IMG/VR virus record: IMGVR_UViG_3300043398_000440
Location: 1-57,267 of that record
Strand: one strand, 5' to 3'
DNA: 57,267 nt
DNA from: a virus
Lineage: Duplodnaviria > Caudoviricetes
Positions 35,029 through 45,442 of this stretch are shown here, piece by piece (the stretch's first letter is position 1; each line of letters begins with the position of its first letter). The notes under the pieces were generated by a model. It did not search any database. It saw only the letters and a list, made by a program, of their open reading frames with translations, and had not been told where the DNA came from. Both the position numbers and the translations under genes were made by a program.

Positions 35029-35934
35029 TTAGGTCACCGTCCAAGTGCCGACAACGGACTCGGCCAGCCAGGTTGTTGCATCAACCGCCGTTAGCCAAAG
35101 CACGTTTCCAACCACTGCGCTTTCAGCGTATCCAGCTACTGCGCTGACGTTGCTGCCGACGCGAATTTCGTCACCCGCCGCCGCGAGTACCCGAAAATTT
35201 TGTGCTGTCATAACACCAAGTCCTACGCGTAGTCCCGCAACAGCAGTTACTAGCGAGACGATGACTTGTCCGGCGGCCCCAGAATTAGTAAACAGTGTTC
35301 CGGTATCGCCGGCTTGAATTGATGCACCGACGTATGTGTAATCGCCTGTTTTCGCGGCGACTGGTCGCTGCTGCCTGGTTGCCCCTAGGTATGCCGCAGA
35401 ACTACCAAAACCGAGTAGTGTATTGGTGCTCGCAGCCACGACCGTTACACAGTCAAAAGTTAGCGCATTAGCGGTATAAATTTCTCGATTGCCGGCGGTA
35501 GCACTGCCTCGCCACGGCAAGTCAGACACCATCTGCCAATTATCGGCGTAGCCCGTGGCGAAAATGGAATCCTGCATGGTAGCGCCCATGCACACAAACT
35601 GTATGGTTGCGCCGTTTCCAATGCCGATTTCGGTTACCAACGCCCCAGGATTCATTATGATACCGCCAATTGGTGGATAAACTTTGATCACTGCGCCGGC
35701 GGCATTTGTTGAGTTGTTGCGAACTCTCCACACCTCACCAGCCGGACGACCCGCCGGTAACCGCACACCCTGTCCAGTTGTTCCAGAAATTACGAACGTG
35801 TTAGGCCCTGGTAATTCAACCGCTGTGAGCTGAGTTGACCCAGCAGGTACACAAAACTGAATTCCTAGATTCGTCGGCTGCGTAGCCGATGGCCCTACAT
35901 CTGTAGGTCTTTGCGGTGAGCGTGCAAACGACAT
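35029..35934 (-). CDS. Structural/fibre protein
   Basis: Beta-rich; GVRLPAG, IKVYPPIGG, DTGTLFTNSGAAG. Confidence 0.7.
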   Translation of the reverse strand: MSFARSPQRPTDVGPSATQPTNLGIQFCVPAGSTQLTAVELPGPNTFVISGTTGQGVRLPAGRPAGEVWRVRNNSTNAAGAVIKVYPPIGGIIMNPGALVTEIGIGNGATIQFVCMGATMQDSIFATGYADNWQMVSDLPWRGSATAGNREIYTANALTFDCVTVVAASTNTLLGFGSSAAYLGATRQQRPVAAKTGDYTYVGASIQAGDTGTLFTNSGAAGQVIVSLVTAVAGLRVGLGVMTAQNFRVLAAAGDEIRVGSNVSAVAGYAESAVVGNVLWLTAVDATTWLAESVVGTWTVT

Positions 35935-35936
35935 GA

Positions 35937-36353
35937 CTAGTAGTGTCCGCCAAAGCCCGCGCACATTAACCCAGCCGCTACTGTAGTTCCGATGGTCAGA
36001 TTGACTTTGTAGCCCGCAGGTAGTGCATAATTCAGCGCGATAAGGTTGTCGGCCAGCTCAGCCACTTCGCTCAGTGTGGTTGCGGCGATTGTGCGCTCAT
36101 GCACCAGCACGTTGTTTCCTGGCGTCGCATTGGTTGAGCCGTTGTTGATGAACACTCTGAGCACTGTGGCGATGTTCGAGCCGATTGCTCGAACTTTCAA
36201 AAAGTCTATTCGAGACCCGTTGGTGGCATCAGCCGTGAATACGGTAAGCACCGTGCCCGTACCGTCTTTTGCGGTATTCGCCGTGGCGAGCGCGGTTGCG
36301 CCCCATTGAACCGAAGGAGTGGCCGGAAAAATTGGAACTGTACTGGCTGCCAT
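35937..36353 (-). CDS. Structural protein
   Basis: TANTAKDGTGT, NGSRID, VLRVFINNG. Confidence 0.7.
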   Translation of the reverse strand: MAASTVPIFPATPSVQWGATALATANTAKDGTGTVLTVFTADATNGSRIDFLKVRAIGSNIATVLRVFINNGSTNATPGNNVLVHERTIAATTLSEVAELADNLIALNYALPAGYKVNLTIGTTVAAGLMCAGFGGHY

Positions 36354-36359
36354 GATATT

Positions 36360-36617
36360 TTACAGCCCTCCGAAATAAGAATGCTGATACACAGTAAGAG
36401 CGGGAGTAATAACTGCGCGGTTAATGCTGGTCGCAGTTGCCACGCCAAGCGTAGGAGTTGTCATAGTTGGTGAGGTAAGCGTTGCGGTAACAATAGTGGG
36501 GCTTGTCGCTAGGACTAGCGCCCCCGTGCCTGTCTCATCCGAGATAGCCGCCGCCAGACTCGCTGAATCTGATAAAGCAGTACCGCCGGTGCTGCTGATT
36601 GCACCAAATCCAGCCAT
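36360..36617 (-). CDS. Short fibre-repeat protein
   Basis: ISDETGTGALVLATSPT...TPTLGVATATSIN repeat typical of phage fibres. Confidence 0.7.
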   Translation of the reverse strand: MAGFGAISSTGGTALSDSASLAAAISDETGTGALVLATSPTIVTATLTSPTMTTPTLGVATATSINRAVITPALTVYQHSYFGGL

Positions 36618-36620
36618 GTG

Positions 36621-37058
36621 TTAAGCCATTCCTTGCGTCGCGTAGATCGCAAGCGTTGTGGTGCCGACTGCGCCGGTCGTTTTTGCGAGTACGCGCACGA
36701 ATTTGTAGCAACACGGAACCGGAATCGCTAATTTGCCGGTTGCGGTCATCTGATAAACCGCAGTTGACATCGGATACGTGGCCACGGCCGACGCCACTGT
36801 TGGCGAGCCCTGGGCCGCCAAGTCGTACCAATCTCCGGAAGCTGGTACATCGTCGCCGCTTGGAGACGCCACTTGCACCTTGATTTCAACCGACGTGGCG
36901 GTATTCAGCGTCAAGTTGCACATCAGGATCAGCTGATTCCAATTCTGCATCCGCCATGCTGCAATTGTGGGAGTCGTGTCATACGTCCCGTTCACGATTT
37001 GCAGTGTGCTAGCGCGGAGTGTGACTCCGTCTCTTGAGACTTGCGGGTTATAGCTCAT
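36621..37058 (-). CDS. Structural protein
   Basis: Beta-rich jelly-roll-like; in operon. Confidence 0.65.
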   Translation of the reverse strand: MSYNPQVSRDGVTLRASTLQIVNGTYDTTPTIAAWRMQNWNQLILMCNLTLNTATSVEIKVQVASPSGDDVPASGDWYDLAAQGSPTVASAVATYPMSTAVYQMTATGKLAIPVPCCYKFVRVLAKTTGAVGTTTLAIYATQGMA

Positions 37059-37061
37059 GCG

Positions 37062-37424
37062 TTAACCGATTTGGTCAGCAGTATCAGCGCCGTAGACCAT
37101 GACGTCGAGCAGGGTAGGATCGCGCACAGTACCCCCTTCGTCCACAGTCAGGAACGAGAGCACCCCAGTGGCCAGCACATTACCGTAAACAGTCGTGTAC
37201 AGCTTCAGTGTGGCGTGCATCGGCTGTGCAATTACGATTGGACGCCTGGTGTAAAGGTTGCCTAGCGTGAGGGACCAGTCGCCAGTACCCGTTTTCTTAC
37301 AGGTAGCACGATACGTGCCTTCGGTAAGTCCCGTAGTTGCGAACGAGCCAGTAATAGTCGCGGCCTCCATGCGAAACGCTTCAAGTCGCATGTTTTTCTG
37401 GGTGTTTAGAAACTCGAATTTCAT
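37062..37424 (-). CDS. Structural protein
   Basis: In operon; start at MKFEFL after the terminator hairpin. Confidence 0.6.
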   Translation of the reverse strand: MKFEFLNTQKNMRLEAFRMEAATITGSFATTGLTEGTYRATCKKTGTGDWSLTLGNLYTRRPIVIAQPMHATLKLYTTVYGNVLATGVLSFLTVDEGGTVRDPTLLDVMVYGADTADQIG

Positions 37425-37444
37425 GAATTTGTCATCTCGGTATT

Positions 37445-37495
37445 TAGAAGAGAAAAGCCTGGCAAAGGCGGGGTCGGACCACCCATCGCCAGACT
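37445..37495 (-). terminator. Rho-independent terminator after capsid/decoration genes
   Basis: Minus strand CTGGCGATGGGTGG-loop-CCCGCCTTTGCCAG then GCTTTTCTCTT. Confidence 0.5.
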
Positions 37496-37511
37496 TAGAG
37501 GTCAAAACTGA

Positions 37512-38081
37512 TTACGCTTCAGACGCCCAGACGCCCTTGCCGCCGATGACCCACCAGCCAGTGGAGCCGTCGCTCACGAGCACCGCGTAGTCGCCTTTCT
37601 TCGCCGTCGCTTTGGTATTGATGATATCTTTGTCGGCAACTTCGCCGAAGCTGACGAGGTCGCCCGTTGCAGCGCCGTGAATACCGCCGTAGATTTTGTC
37701 CGAGCTGTGAGGACTGATGCTGACCTTGGCCGCACCGTCAGCGCCGGTGTTCTGCACCGTGATGCGCTTGCCGGCGTTTCCGGCGGCCGCATCAGGCAGC
37801 GTGATTACAGCGTTGTCAGTGGATGTCTGAATGACTGCATCGCCGTCGACGGCGGAGCCAACTGTGTACGCTGCACCACCAGCAACCAGCTTTTGCAAGC
37901 CTGTAATTCGGCCTGTAACGTCGAGTGAACTCGCCGCCGTCGCCGCTCCAGTAACGGCCAAAGTACTGGCCATTGTGACAGCGCCGGTAACCGCCATAGT
38001 GCCAGCGATGGGCAGCGAATCTGTTCCATCGAGAGCATTCGCCAATGTAAGAAGGTCTTTTGGACCTGCGTGAGTAGCCAT
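37512..38081 (-). CDS. Capsid decoration/fibre protein
   Basis: Directly after the MCP with strong SD AAGGA; ITLPDAAAG, KDIINTKATAKKGD. Confidence 0.65.
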   Translation of the reverse strand: MATHAGPKDLLTLANALDGTDSLPIAGTMAVTGAVTMASTLAVTGAATAASSLDVTGRITGLQKLVAGGAAYTVGSAVDGDAVIQTSTDNAVITLPDAAAGNAGKRITVQNTGADGAAKVSISPHSSDKIYGGIHGAATGDLVSFGEVADKDIINTKATAKKGDYAVLVSDGSTGWWVIGGKGVWASEA

Positions 38082-38150
38082 GTGATTTATTTCCTTGTTA
38101 TTTGCTAATTAGAGTGAGGGATTGGGTTTAGCCGCTGTGGTGCGGGTTGG

Positions 38151-39377
38151 TTACGCCAAGCCGTACAGAACGCCTTGCGAAGCGGGGTGACAGAACAGCT
38201 CACCGTAGCAGATGTACCGTGCTTCGTACGCATCAGCAGAGGCCGAACGAAGCAGCACGGTGCCGTCCTCATCCGCCCACTTGGGCGCTTCGGCCGCGTA
38301 AAACACGATATTGTCCGTGTTCAGCGCGAAGAAGTGGTCGTCTGGGCACATGCGGTCAGCGACGATTGTCACCGGACCTGAGTTGGTGATCCACTCGATG
38401 CCTTCGAAGTTGAACGTGGCTTTATTGAAGATCGGATCGCGGTTGCTGACCGGGCAATACCGAATCTTGTCACCAAGCAAGTTTTGAATCTTGCGGTACT
38501 GTTTGTAGCTTGTAACCAGCAGGTCAGGCGACTCGCCAGACGCAAACTCGACGTCAGTCACCAGCTGGTTGATCAAGTCGGTTGTGATGCCGGCCGACGC
38601 CGCATCAATCTGCACCGACTGCCAACGAGACCCGACAGTCACGCCATACAGCGTACTGGAGGTGGCTTTACACGCGGCAAGAATCGACTGAATGTCGTTA
38701 TCCTTGCTGCCCTGCATATAGACTTTAGCCGAGGTAGCGAGACCGCCCGCAACCGCCGCCGCCAAAGTGGCCGACGTACCGACCAAGCTCACTTGGCGTG
38801 TGGAGTAGTTAACCGCAGTGATTTCGAGGACAGTTGTTTCGGTACCAACGTTGACTTTGTCTTTCAACTCGACGAAGCTGCGAACCCACGTGGTGGAAAG
38901 ACCGATAACCAAGTACGGAGATCCGGAAGTACCCGCACCGGTAACGACCGTGCTGTTGTCGCCTTCGAACAGTTTCCCGTTCTCGATAGCAAACAGCATA
39001 CGCGAGAGGTTGCGCATGAAGGACTCAACGCCCTTTTTAACCATGCGCTTGGTCGCTTGCTCGAACGCGTGTTCTACGCCGTTGCTGGCGATCATCGCCT
39101 CGCGGTCCAAGAGAATACGCGCATACAGCTTCTTGCGCGTCAACGAAGCGTTGACATCGCTAAAGATGTTAGTCTCAGGCAACGAGCCAGAACCCACCGA
39201 GCCGCTGAAGCCGAGAACAGCTTCCAAGCTCAGAGACTTGCCCTTGAACGAGGAATACTCTTTCTTGACCTTAGACCAGAGTGGGGTCGCGGTATTAAAG
39301 ACGGCGTAAGTACGTTTACCGTACAACACCTTAAAAAGTGTAGAGAGTGTAGATAGTGAGGCTGCTGCGTCTGCCAT
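38151..39377 (-). CDS. Major capsid protein
   Basis: 408 aa after the scaffold; PDLLVTSYKQY, IVADRMCP, YEARYICYGELFC. Confidence 0.85.
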   Translation of the reverse strand: MADAAASLSTLSTLFKVLYGKRTYAVFNTATPLWSKVKKEYSSFKGKSLSLEAVLGFSGSVGSGSLPETNIFSDVNASLTRKKLYARILLDREAMIASNGVEHAFEQATKRMVKKGVESFMRNLSRMLFAIENGKLFEGDNSTVVTGAGTSGSPYLVIGLSTTWVRSFVELKDKVNVGTETTVLEITAVNYSTRQVSLVGTSATLAAAVAGGLATSAKVYMQGSKDNDIQSILAACKATSSTLYGVTVGSRWQSVQIDAASAGITTDLINQLVTDVEFASGESPDLLVTSYKQYRKIQNLLGDKIRYCPVSNRDPIFNKATFNFEGIEWITNSGPVTIVADRMCPDDHFFALNTDNIVFYAAEAPKWADEDGTVLLRSASADAYEARYICYGELFCHPASQGVLYGLA

Positions 39378-39470
39378 GAATTATGGTCCTGTTGCGGCGC
39401 GCGCATGGGCACGCTCGCAGTGGTGCGTTCAGTTAATAAAACGAAAAACGATTTTGGTGTGGGAAGCGGG

Positions 39471-40655
39471 CTACCAGTGCAGATCAGCTTCGTCGAAGGA
39501 GCTGTAGTCTTCACGGGATGCGCGCTTAGGCCGAGCTGTACTGGCGGTTGCCGTGGTAGCTGTCGGCGACTTCGCAACTTTGTTGCTGATCTTCTGAGAA
39601 CGCACTTGCTTGGTCGACTCTCGATACACGTCTTTCAAGTCTTCCACTGTCCAGTCAGGATTTTGGCGCATGATATCGACCGCCTGTTTCCAAATTGTCT
39701 CGCTTTGCGCGAGTTTTGGATCGACCGACTCTAGTGCTTCTTTGGCGGTTCGGTAGTCCCGCACATCCCGGATCTGGTTGGCCACGAATTCAGGCGTCAC
39801 CTGCTTTGGGTCCCACTTGTTACCAAGCAGATTAGGCCCGTTTTGCAGCAGCCAATCTCGCGTACTCACGTACTCCTCAACCGTCGAGTTCACGCCCTTC
39901 ATTGCGTTGGCGACGCGGCTTTGGAACGCTGTTTGGGCTTGTTCCTGCTCACGTTGCTGCGTTAGGCGCGTACCCTGCGATTTCAGGTACTCTAGTTCTT
40001 CTTTTTGCTCGTGCACTGCCCGCTGCTCGGGCGTCATGCTCGCTAACTGCGAGGCTTGCTGGATCAGCGCCTCCCGCAGATTTTTCACGTACTCTCGTGC
40101 GTCGATCTTGACGCCCGTCATTTGAATCATCGAAGAGATGGCATCAAATGTTCGCCCTTCGCGGGCCGCCGTGTGCATGTCGCTAATCAACTGCGAATGC
40201 CGGCTCTTCTGCGCCTCGAATTGCATGGCTTGCTCGGCCAAGGTTTTTCGAGTGTCAGAAACTTCCTGAAAGCGCTTTTCCCAGGCTACTTTTCCTGAGT
40301 AGTTTTGCAGCAGCTCTTTCAGCGGAACCTTGACGGGCTTACCGTCCACTTTCCAGTCTGTAACCGCGTCTTCTTGCAGCTCGACCGACTGGTCGCCTGC
40401 CTTGAACCCGATTTTCTTTGCAGCGATGGCTGCTGCTGCTGGCTTGGCCGCTGTTGCAGCTGCCGCCTTGGCCTCGTCCTCGCCGGCTGCTTCAGCCTCA
40501 TCACCCACCGCCGCTTCGGCTGCTTCAGCCTCGTCGCTATGATCTAGCTGCTGTGGGGGGTCGGTGCTTTCAGTTTCGCCCGAATCCAGTCCTGGTACGT
40601 CCAGGTCTGAGTAGTCGCGGTCAAATTGGTCACCTATGTCGCTTGGTTCTGACAT
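39471..40655 (-). CDS. Scaffolding protein
   Basis: Acidic N-terminus, KVDGKPVKVPLKELLQNYS, coiled coil; between portal and MCP. Confidence 0.8.
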   Translation of the reverse strand: MSEPSDIGDQFDRDYSDLDVPGLDSGETESTDPPQQLDHSDEAEAAEAAVGDEAEAAGEDEAKAAAATAAKPAAAAIAAKKIGFKAGDQSVELQEDAVTDWKVDGKPVKVPLKELLQNYSGKVAWEKRFQEVSDTRKTLAEQAMQFEAQKSRHSQLISDMHTAAREGRTFDAISSMIQMTGVKIDAREYVKNLREALIQQASQLASMTPEQRAVHEQKEELEYLKSQGTRLTQQREQEQAQTAFQSRVANAMKGVNSTVEEYVSTRDWLLQNGPNLLGNKWDPKQVTPEFVANQIRDVRDYRTAKEALESVDPKLAQSETIWKQAVDIMRQNPDWTVEDLKDVYRESTKQVRSQKISNKVAKSPTATTATASTARPKRASREDYSSFDEADLHW

Positions 40656-40695
40656 GCGTCAGGTTTGCCTCTTGCCACTTTCATTAGTAGCGTTT

Positions 40696-43002
40696 TTAAC
40701 CAACTGGGCCTTGGGGCGACACCTCTGCGCCCTCCGGTGCGGCTGGTTGTTCTTGCGTTTGCGGAGCAATGCCCGCGTTTGGACCTACTTGCTGAATGCC
40801 GTTATTGATTCCGCCAGCCGGTGGCGGCACTCCCATGCCAGGCGGTGGGAGCATTCCGGTCTTGTAGAGGGAGTCGATTTCCATCAGCGACATCGGATTG
40901 CCCGTGCGAGCGCGGTCGAGCAGCATGAAATCTTCAGGCGACGGCTCAAACACCAGCGGAAACAGGGGCTGCTCCATCAGCTTTAGCCCGAAAGCCGGAT
41001 TCTTGCGCGCACGCTCCATCATCAACATCTCGGTGGCGCCAATGTGCGCGATAAACCGTTCTTGAACGTTCCTAGGCGTGCTGGTCTTGAAACTGCGATT
41101 CTGCACTTCATTGACGTGCGTGATCCAATGGATCATCAAGTCTTCGTAAATAGTCGGCTCTTCCGTTACAGGTTCGCCGGCCGCGTCGACCTCATCGTTC
41201 AGCATTGCCTCGTTTTCCGCCGAGGCAGCTTTCACCGCCGCCGTGGTTTCGTCGTAAAATCCCTCGGTATCGCCCCACTGCAGCAGCTCAAACAACTTTT
41301 GCGGCGGAATCGCGTCTGGGTAGATTTTGCCGAGTTCGAGCAGCATCTCGGTGCGCGCCGCTTTGCTGTTCGGCATGCCAGACGAGTTCGCCACACGCAC
41401 GTCGTAGGATTTCGACAAGTGTGTTGGGTCAAACTCCTTGACCATGTAGCGGTTGTCTTTGCCGACGATTGGCAACAGCCGCTTGTCTTCGCGGTCGTAG
41501 TACGACGCGGCCACGTTGATCGAATTCACAATCACATCGCGAATCAGCGCCGCGTGCTTGGCCACCGAGGAGTTCGCACGCTGGTCTTCCTGCTCGTCAA
41601 TCAGCTGCAGCGCCATGGCTGAGCGAATGTTTGGCGGCACCTGGCCACGGCTGATGTCGAACACGCCCAGGATCATCTGCAGATCCTGTTTGATGTCCGC
41701 GCGCATCGACATCAGTTCGTTGTTCATCGGGGGCGGCGCCACCATGCGGGGCTCGATTGCGCCTTGGTACTCGATGATCGAGATGTCATTGCCGAGCGCG
41801 TCTTTTTTAATGACCGAGCCGCGCGGCACTACCCACTTCGGGTGTGACATCAGCTTGGAGTTGCGCATTGCCATCGAAGTCAGATCGTTGACGGCGGCAT
41901 TGATGCGCTTGCCGTGCTCGAAAAACGAAAGCCCGTACTGACGCTTGGGCACGTCGATGTCGGTCAGTCGCGCCAGGCCCAGCCCGGTTTCATTCGGCTG
42001 CAGCGCCGTGTTTTTCAGGATCGCGGTGCGCGTGCTAATGATGTATCGACCGCTGCCTAGGTACCGATCAGGGCGATGGCGGAAGTGGCGCACCAACACC
42101 TTTCCCGCCGCCGGTCCGATATCGATTTCAGCCACTGTGCGCAGTGGCGATAACGCGTCTTCTTCTGCGTCCGCCTCGACCAGCTCCTTAGAGTCTGGGT
42201 ACAGCGCACGGACTTCGTCGATGTCTAGGTACTCTTCGTGAAACCAGTACGCTGCCTTGCGGAAGTCGCCGCAGCGCTGCACAATCGTGTCCAGCGGCGT
42301 CCAAACTTCCAGCACCACTTCGCCGGTTTTTACTTCTTTTTCGATGTAAATCGGCTCGCCGTCATCGCCGAGCACTACCTGACCTTGGGCATCGCGCTGC
42401 TCCACTCGCGGCGCACGTCTTTCGCGCCTCGCAGCAGCTGATTCGTTCGCCCAGGCTTCAAACGGCTCGCCCGCATCAGGATCCCAGCGAGACGCAATGT
42501 ACGACTCGCCCATGATATACGTGGACTGAGCCAACTCAGCCACCAGGGCGTCAAAGTCGTTCTCGTACAGCAGATAATCGACCCAAAACTTCATTATCCG
42601 GGCCGATACCTTGTCCCGGTACTCAGAATTGGCGGGGTTAACGGTGATTGCGGGTTTATTACGGGTTACGCGTGAGACTCGTTGCGTAGTCAAGTCGTAA
42701 AGATGGTTAACCACCAGCTTGCTCGGCCGCTGGCTTTGCAGCCCCAGTCCCTGCTGCGACGCCTCGGCAAATCCGCTGCGACCATGGTCATTCGCATAAA
42801 ACTTGCCTCGAAACATCGCCACGTGTTTCAGGCACTGCTCACGGTACTTGGCGATTTGCTTCAACTCAGTGGTGTAGGTACGATTCAGCCACTCCAGCAA
42901 CTTTGGGTTTTCGGTGCCCTCAAGGTCTTTCAGGGTCCAAAGTGGGGGGATACGATCGCTCAGCCCGGTTTCGGACAGATCAGCGTCAAAATGCGATGCC
43001 AT
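40696..43002 (-). CDS. Portal protein (P22-like)
   Basis: 768 aa; KLVVNHL, HPKWVVPRG, ILGVFDISRG, SAMALQ; after terminase. Confidence 0.85.
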   Translation of the reverse strand: MASHFDADLSETGLSDRIPPLWTLKDLEGTENPKLLEWLNRTYTTELKQIAKYREQCLKHVAMFRGKFYANDHGRSGFAEASQQGLGLQSQRPSKLVVNHLYDLTTQRVSRVTRNKPAITVNPANSEYRDKVSARIMKFWVDYLLYENDFDALVAELAQSTYIMGESYIASRWDPDAGEPFEAWANESAAARRERRAPRVEQRDAQGQVVLGDDGEPIYIEKEVKTGEVVLEVWTPLDTIVQRCGDFRKAAYWFHEEYLDIDEVRALYPDSKELVEADAEEDALSPLRTVAEIDIGPAAGKVLVRHFRHRPDRYLGSGRYIISTRTAILKNTALQPNETGLGLARLTDIDVPKRQYGLSFFEHGKRINAAVNDLTSMAMRNSKLMSHPKWVVPRGSVIKKDALGNDISIIEYQGAIEPRMVAPPPMNNELMSMRADIKQDLQMILGVFDISRGQVPPNIRSAMALQLIDEQEDQRANSSVAKHAALIRDVIVNSINVAASYYDREDKRLLPIVGKDNRYMVKEFDPTHLSKSYDVRVANSSGMPNSKAARTEMLLELGKIYPDAIPPQKLFELLQWGDTEGFYDETTAAVKAASAENEAMLNDEVDAAGEPVTEEPTIYEDLMIHWITHVNEVQNRSFKTSTPRNVQERFIAHIGATEMLMMERARKNPAFGLKLMEQPLFPLVFEPSPEDFMLLDRARTGNPMSLMEIDSLYKTGMLPPPGMGVPPPAGGINNGIQQVGPNAGIAPQTQEQPAAPEGAEVSPQGPVG

Positions 43003-43008
43003 GCGGAT

Positions 43009-43290
43009 TTATAGCTCGTTAAAGTCGTCTTCAAGCTGCTGACGACGCTGCCACTGCAGGTACTTTTCTGCGCTCATGGCTTCGGGTGGGCTGGGCAGTT
43101 GATCGAGGATGTGTTGTGGCAGGTCCGCTTCGATTCGGGTTTCTTGAATTTCCGGCGAAACTGTCGTGATTCGATGAGTGCTGCGGTTCCAGGCCAAGAC
43201 CTGCACTACGGCCCACGCACCTAACGCGAAACCAGCCGAACCGAGAATCAGTGCGAGAATACTGATGACCAGAGAGGCGACGATTGCCAT
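43009..43290 (-). CDS. Small membrane protein
   Basis: N-terminal TM. Confidence 0.6.
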   Translation of the reverse strand: MAIVASLVISILALILGSAGFALGAWAVVQVLAWNRSTHRITTVSPEIQETRIEADLPQHILDQLPSPPEAMSAEKYLQWQRRQQLEDDFNEL

Positions 43291-43317
43291 GCTAACAGTA
43301 GTCGAATTCGCCTTTGG

Positions 43318-44757
43318 TCAATCAAGAAAGTCCAATAAGTAAGGTTCCTCAATCGGTCCGAACGCCTCGCGCAGGTCTTCTTCGACGGTATACGCCCGCT
43401 TGCGCTCATCTTCCGGCACCGGCTCGCGGGGGTTAGGGGCGTCTGACTCTTGGAAGCTGTAATTAGCTGCTGCGAGGGTGTAGCGCAGGGTGTCGATTGC
43501 GTGGTCGTTCTTTTTGACGTAGTGCCCTTGGCGGTCGAGCATGTACGCGGCCATTTCTTTGTAAGTATTGACGCAGCGGTCAGACAGCAGCATTTTCGAG
43601 TTGGTACGCAACAGGTCTTTGATGACTGAAATTCCGTCAGACTTGCGATGGGCCGCTTTAGTGGTCGGCATGCTGGCCACGTCAAACTGGTCGAGCAGTT
43701 CGTTGCGCGCCCAGGTCGCGGCTTCGTCAACCGTTACCGTCCATGGTGCCTCGTCAAACTCAGGCACGTACAATTCACGCATTTTCGTGGCAATGCGCGG
43801 CCAGATTTTGCCGATTGAGGTCTCGTTTTGCTGCTGCTCATAAACCTCATCCATCACATAGAGTAGCCCTCTATAAGGATTAATGGCGTGAATAGTTGCC
43901 GCAAAGCAGCTTGCTGTACCTGGATCTAGTGTGACGTAGTACGTCCACTGGTGAGCTGTTCGCTGGATTCTGTTCCATAATGCGGTCCACGGCAGGACGT
44001 GTGCGGGCGTGAGCATCGGGAACACTGCCCGTTTGCCGCCTGGAACGTATTGCGCCAGAAACTCGCGAGCAAATACGTCTTCGTCGCCACGTTTGGTGTA
44101 CGCAGCCCTCTCTTTGTCAAGGACTTCTTTTTTCAAGTGAGGGTTGTCGTAGCTGGTGCCGTGGTAGTATGCCCAGTCTGGGCTGTCTTTAGCCTCCTGT
44201 ACGAATTCCCAGAAAGGATGTTCTGCTACTTCTGGTGGGGTACCACATAAAATTAATGGAGCATCTTCATCGATTAAGGTAGGTGTAATGATGTCGATGA
44301 CTTCTTTCTTAATGTCCTTCAGTTCATCGACAGTGGCCAGCGAAGCGCGAATACCACGTAAAGTTTCTGGATTGTCTGCGCCTAAGACCTTAATGAAACT
44401 CCCATTAGTGAAGGTAACCCTGGCCTCAGTCTTATTGTAGTCTGATAAATATTTACGCGGTATCATACCCATTAAAAGGCCGGAGGAGAACACGATCTCT
44501 CTTTGAGTTACGCTAAGAGGTCCAATTATATAGACCTGTGAGTTTGGGCGGGTTAACGCCCATCTAACACTCACATAACAAATTAGGGCGCTCTTCCCCG
44601 TGCGCCGACCTAGGCACAGCATTTGACGTTTAACGCCGCCAAAGAAAAGGTCTCTGGCGATTGGAATCTGTTTGGCGTGCGGGCTGAACTTTTTATGTAG
44701 TTCCTCCAGCATATCCGCATATCCAATCAACGACGTTAAGTCTGCTTCGGAAGCCAT
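43318..44757 (-). CDS. Terminase large subunit
   Basis: PHAKQ, GRRTGKS, LRG, TVDE, GTP, TLDPG, DHAIDTLRY; start placed at MASEADL. Confidence 0.95.
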   Translation of the reverse strand: MASEADLTSLIGYADMLEELHKKFSPHAKQIPIARDLFFGGVKRQMLCLGRRTGKSALICYVSVRWALTRPNSQVYIIGPLSVTQREIVFSSGLLMGMIPRKYLSDYNKTEARVTFTNGSFIKVLGADNPETLRGIRASLATVDELKDIKKEVIDIITPTLIDEDAPLILCGTPPEVAEHPFWEFVQEAKDSPDWAYYHGTSYDNPHLKKEVLDKERAAYTKRGDEDVFAREFLAQYVPGGKRAVFPMLTPAHVLPWTALWNRIQRTAHQWTYYVTLDPGTASCFAATIHAINPYRGLLYVMDEVYEQQQNETSIGKIWPRIATKMRELYVPEFDEAPWTVTVDEAATWARNELLDQFDVASMPTTKAAHRKSDGISVIKDLLRTNSKMLLSDRCVNTYKEMAAYMLDRQGHYVKKNDHAIDTLRYTLAAANYSFQESDAPNPREPVPEDERKRAYTVEEDLREAFGPIEEPYLLDFLD

Positions 44758-44867
44758 GACTTCGTCTCTTGATAATACGGAATGGACTGCTCCCTGCAAT
44801 ACGTCTCTACGGCTAGTGCGGCCTCTGCCTCAGTGCGATACGTCTTCAGGTAAACAGGTTCGGACAT
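44736..44867 (-). CDS. 43-aa AP2-like remnant
   Basis: MSEPVYLKTYRTEAEAALAVETYC resembles the AP2 YLGxF/YxTxEEAA motif; absent from the ORF track. Confidence 0.4.
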   Translation of the reverse strand: MSEPVYLKTYRTEAEAALAVETYCREQSIPYYQETKSWLPKQT

Positions 44868-44884
44868 GCGTATTTTGCACTCTA

Positions 44885-45442
44885 TTAGTCTGAAGGTAAC
44901 TCTGGCTCAACGACAGTGAACTCCGTTTTTGGAACAACTGCTTTCGGTAACCGCGCATCTTTGATTGCCGACCCTAGAATTGGGTCAGCCGCCAGTTTGG
45001 CGCGAATGTCTTCCACCGTGTGGTGCACTTGCGCCGCCACCGCGATGTTTTCTGTACTCTTACCCATGTCAAGACGTAGGATTTTGTCCAGGTTGCCAAC
45101 AATCATTGAGAGTTTCTCGAGTTCGGACAGTGTGGCTGGCTCTACGCGGTTGCTGATGTGACGCAAACCGCGCTCCAGTTCATCGACCGAAAGCTTGGTG
45201 ATTCGGGCCAGGGAGAGGCGCCGCGCACCGAAAGAGTCTTCGATGAGCCCTCGCTCGATACCGTCGCGCTCAATGTCCCAAAGGCCTTCTTTGCGCCAGT
45301 CGGCGACCATGCGCGCGGTCAAGCCGAGTTCGTGACCGATGTCTACGTTGGTTGCGTACGCAAAGAACAGGTTTTTGGCTTGAACCTTAAGCTCGGCCAA
45401 CTCCGTGTCAGAGCGGATCGGTTTTAGCTTTGGTTTTGCCAT
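44885..45442 (-). CDS. Terminase small subunit
   Basis: N-terminal HTH (DIGHELGLTARMVADWRKEGLW); upstream of TerL. Confidence 0.75.
   Translation of the reverse strand: MAKPKLKPIRSDTELAELKVQAKNLFFAYATNVDIGHELGLTARMVADWRKEGLWDIERDGIERGLIEDSFGARRLSLARITKLSVDELERGLRHISNRVEPATLSELEKLSMIVGNLDKILRLDMGKSTENIAVAAQVHHTVEDIRAKLAADPILGSAIKDARLPKAVVPKTEFTVVEPELPSD

Noticed and set aside
38484-39356. Long antisense ORFs opposite structural and replication genes
   Set aside because: Expected shadow ORFs of GC-rich codon usage; no motifs
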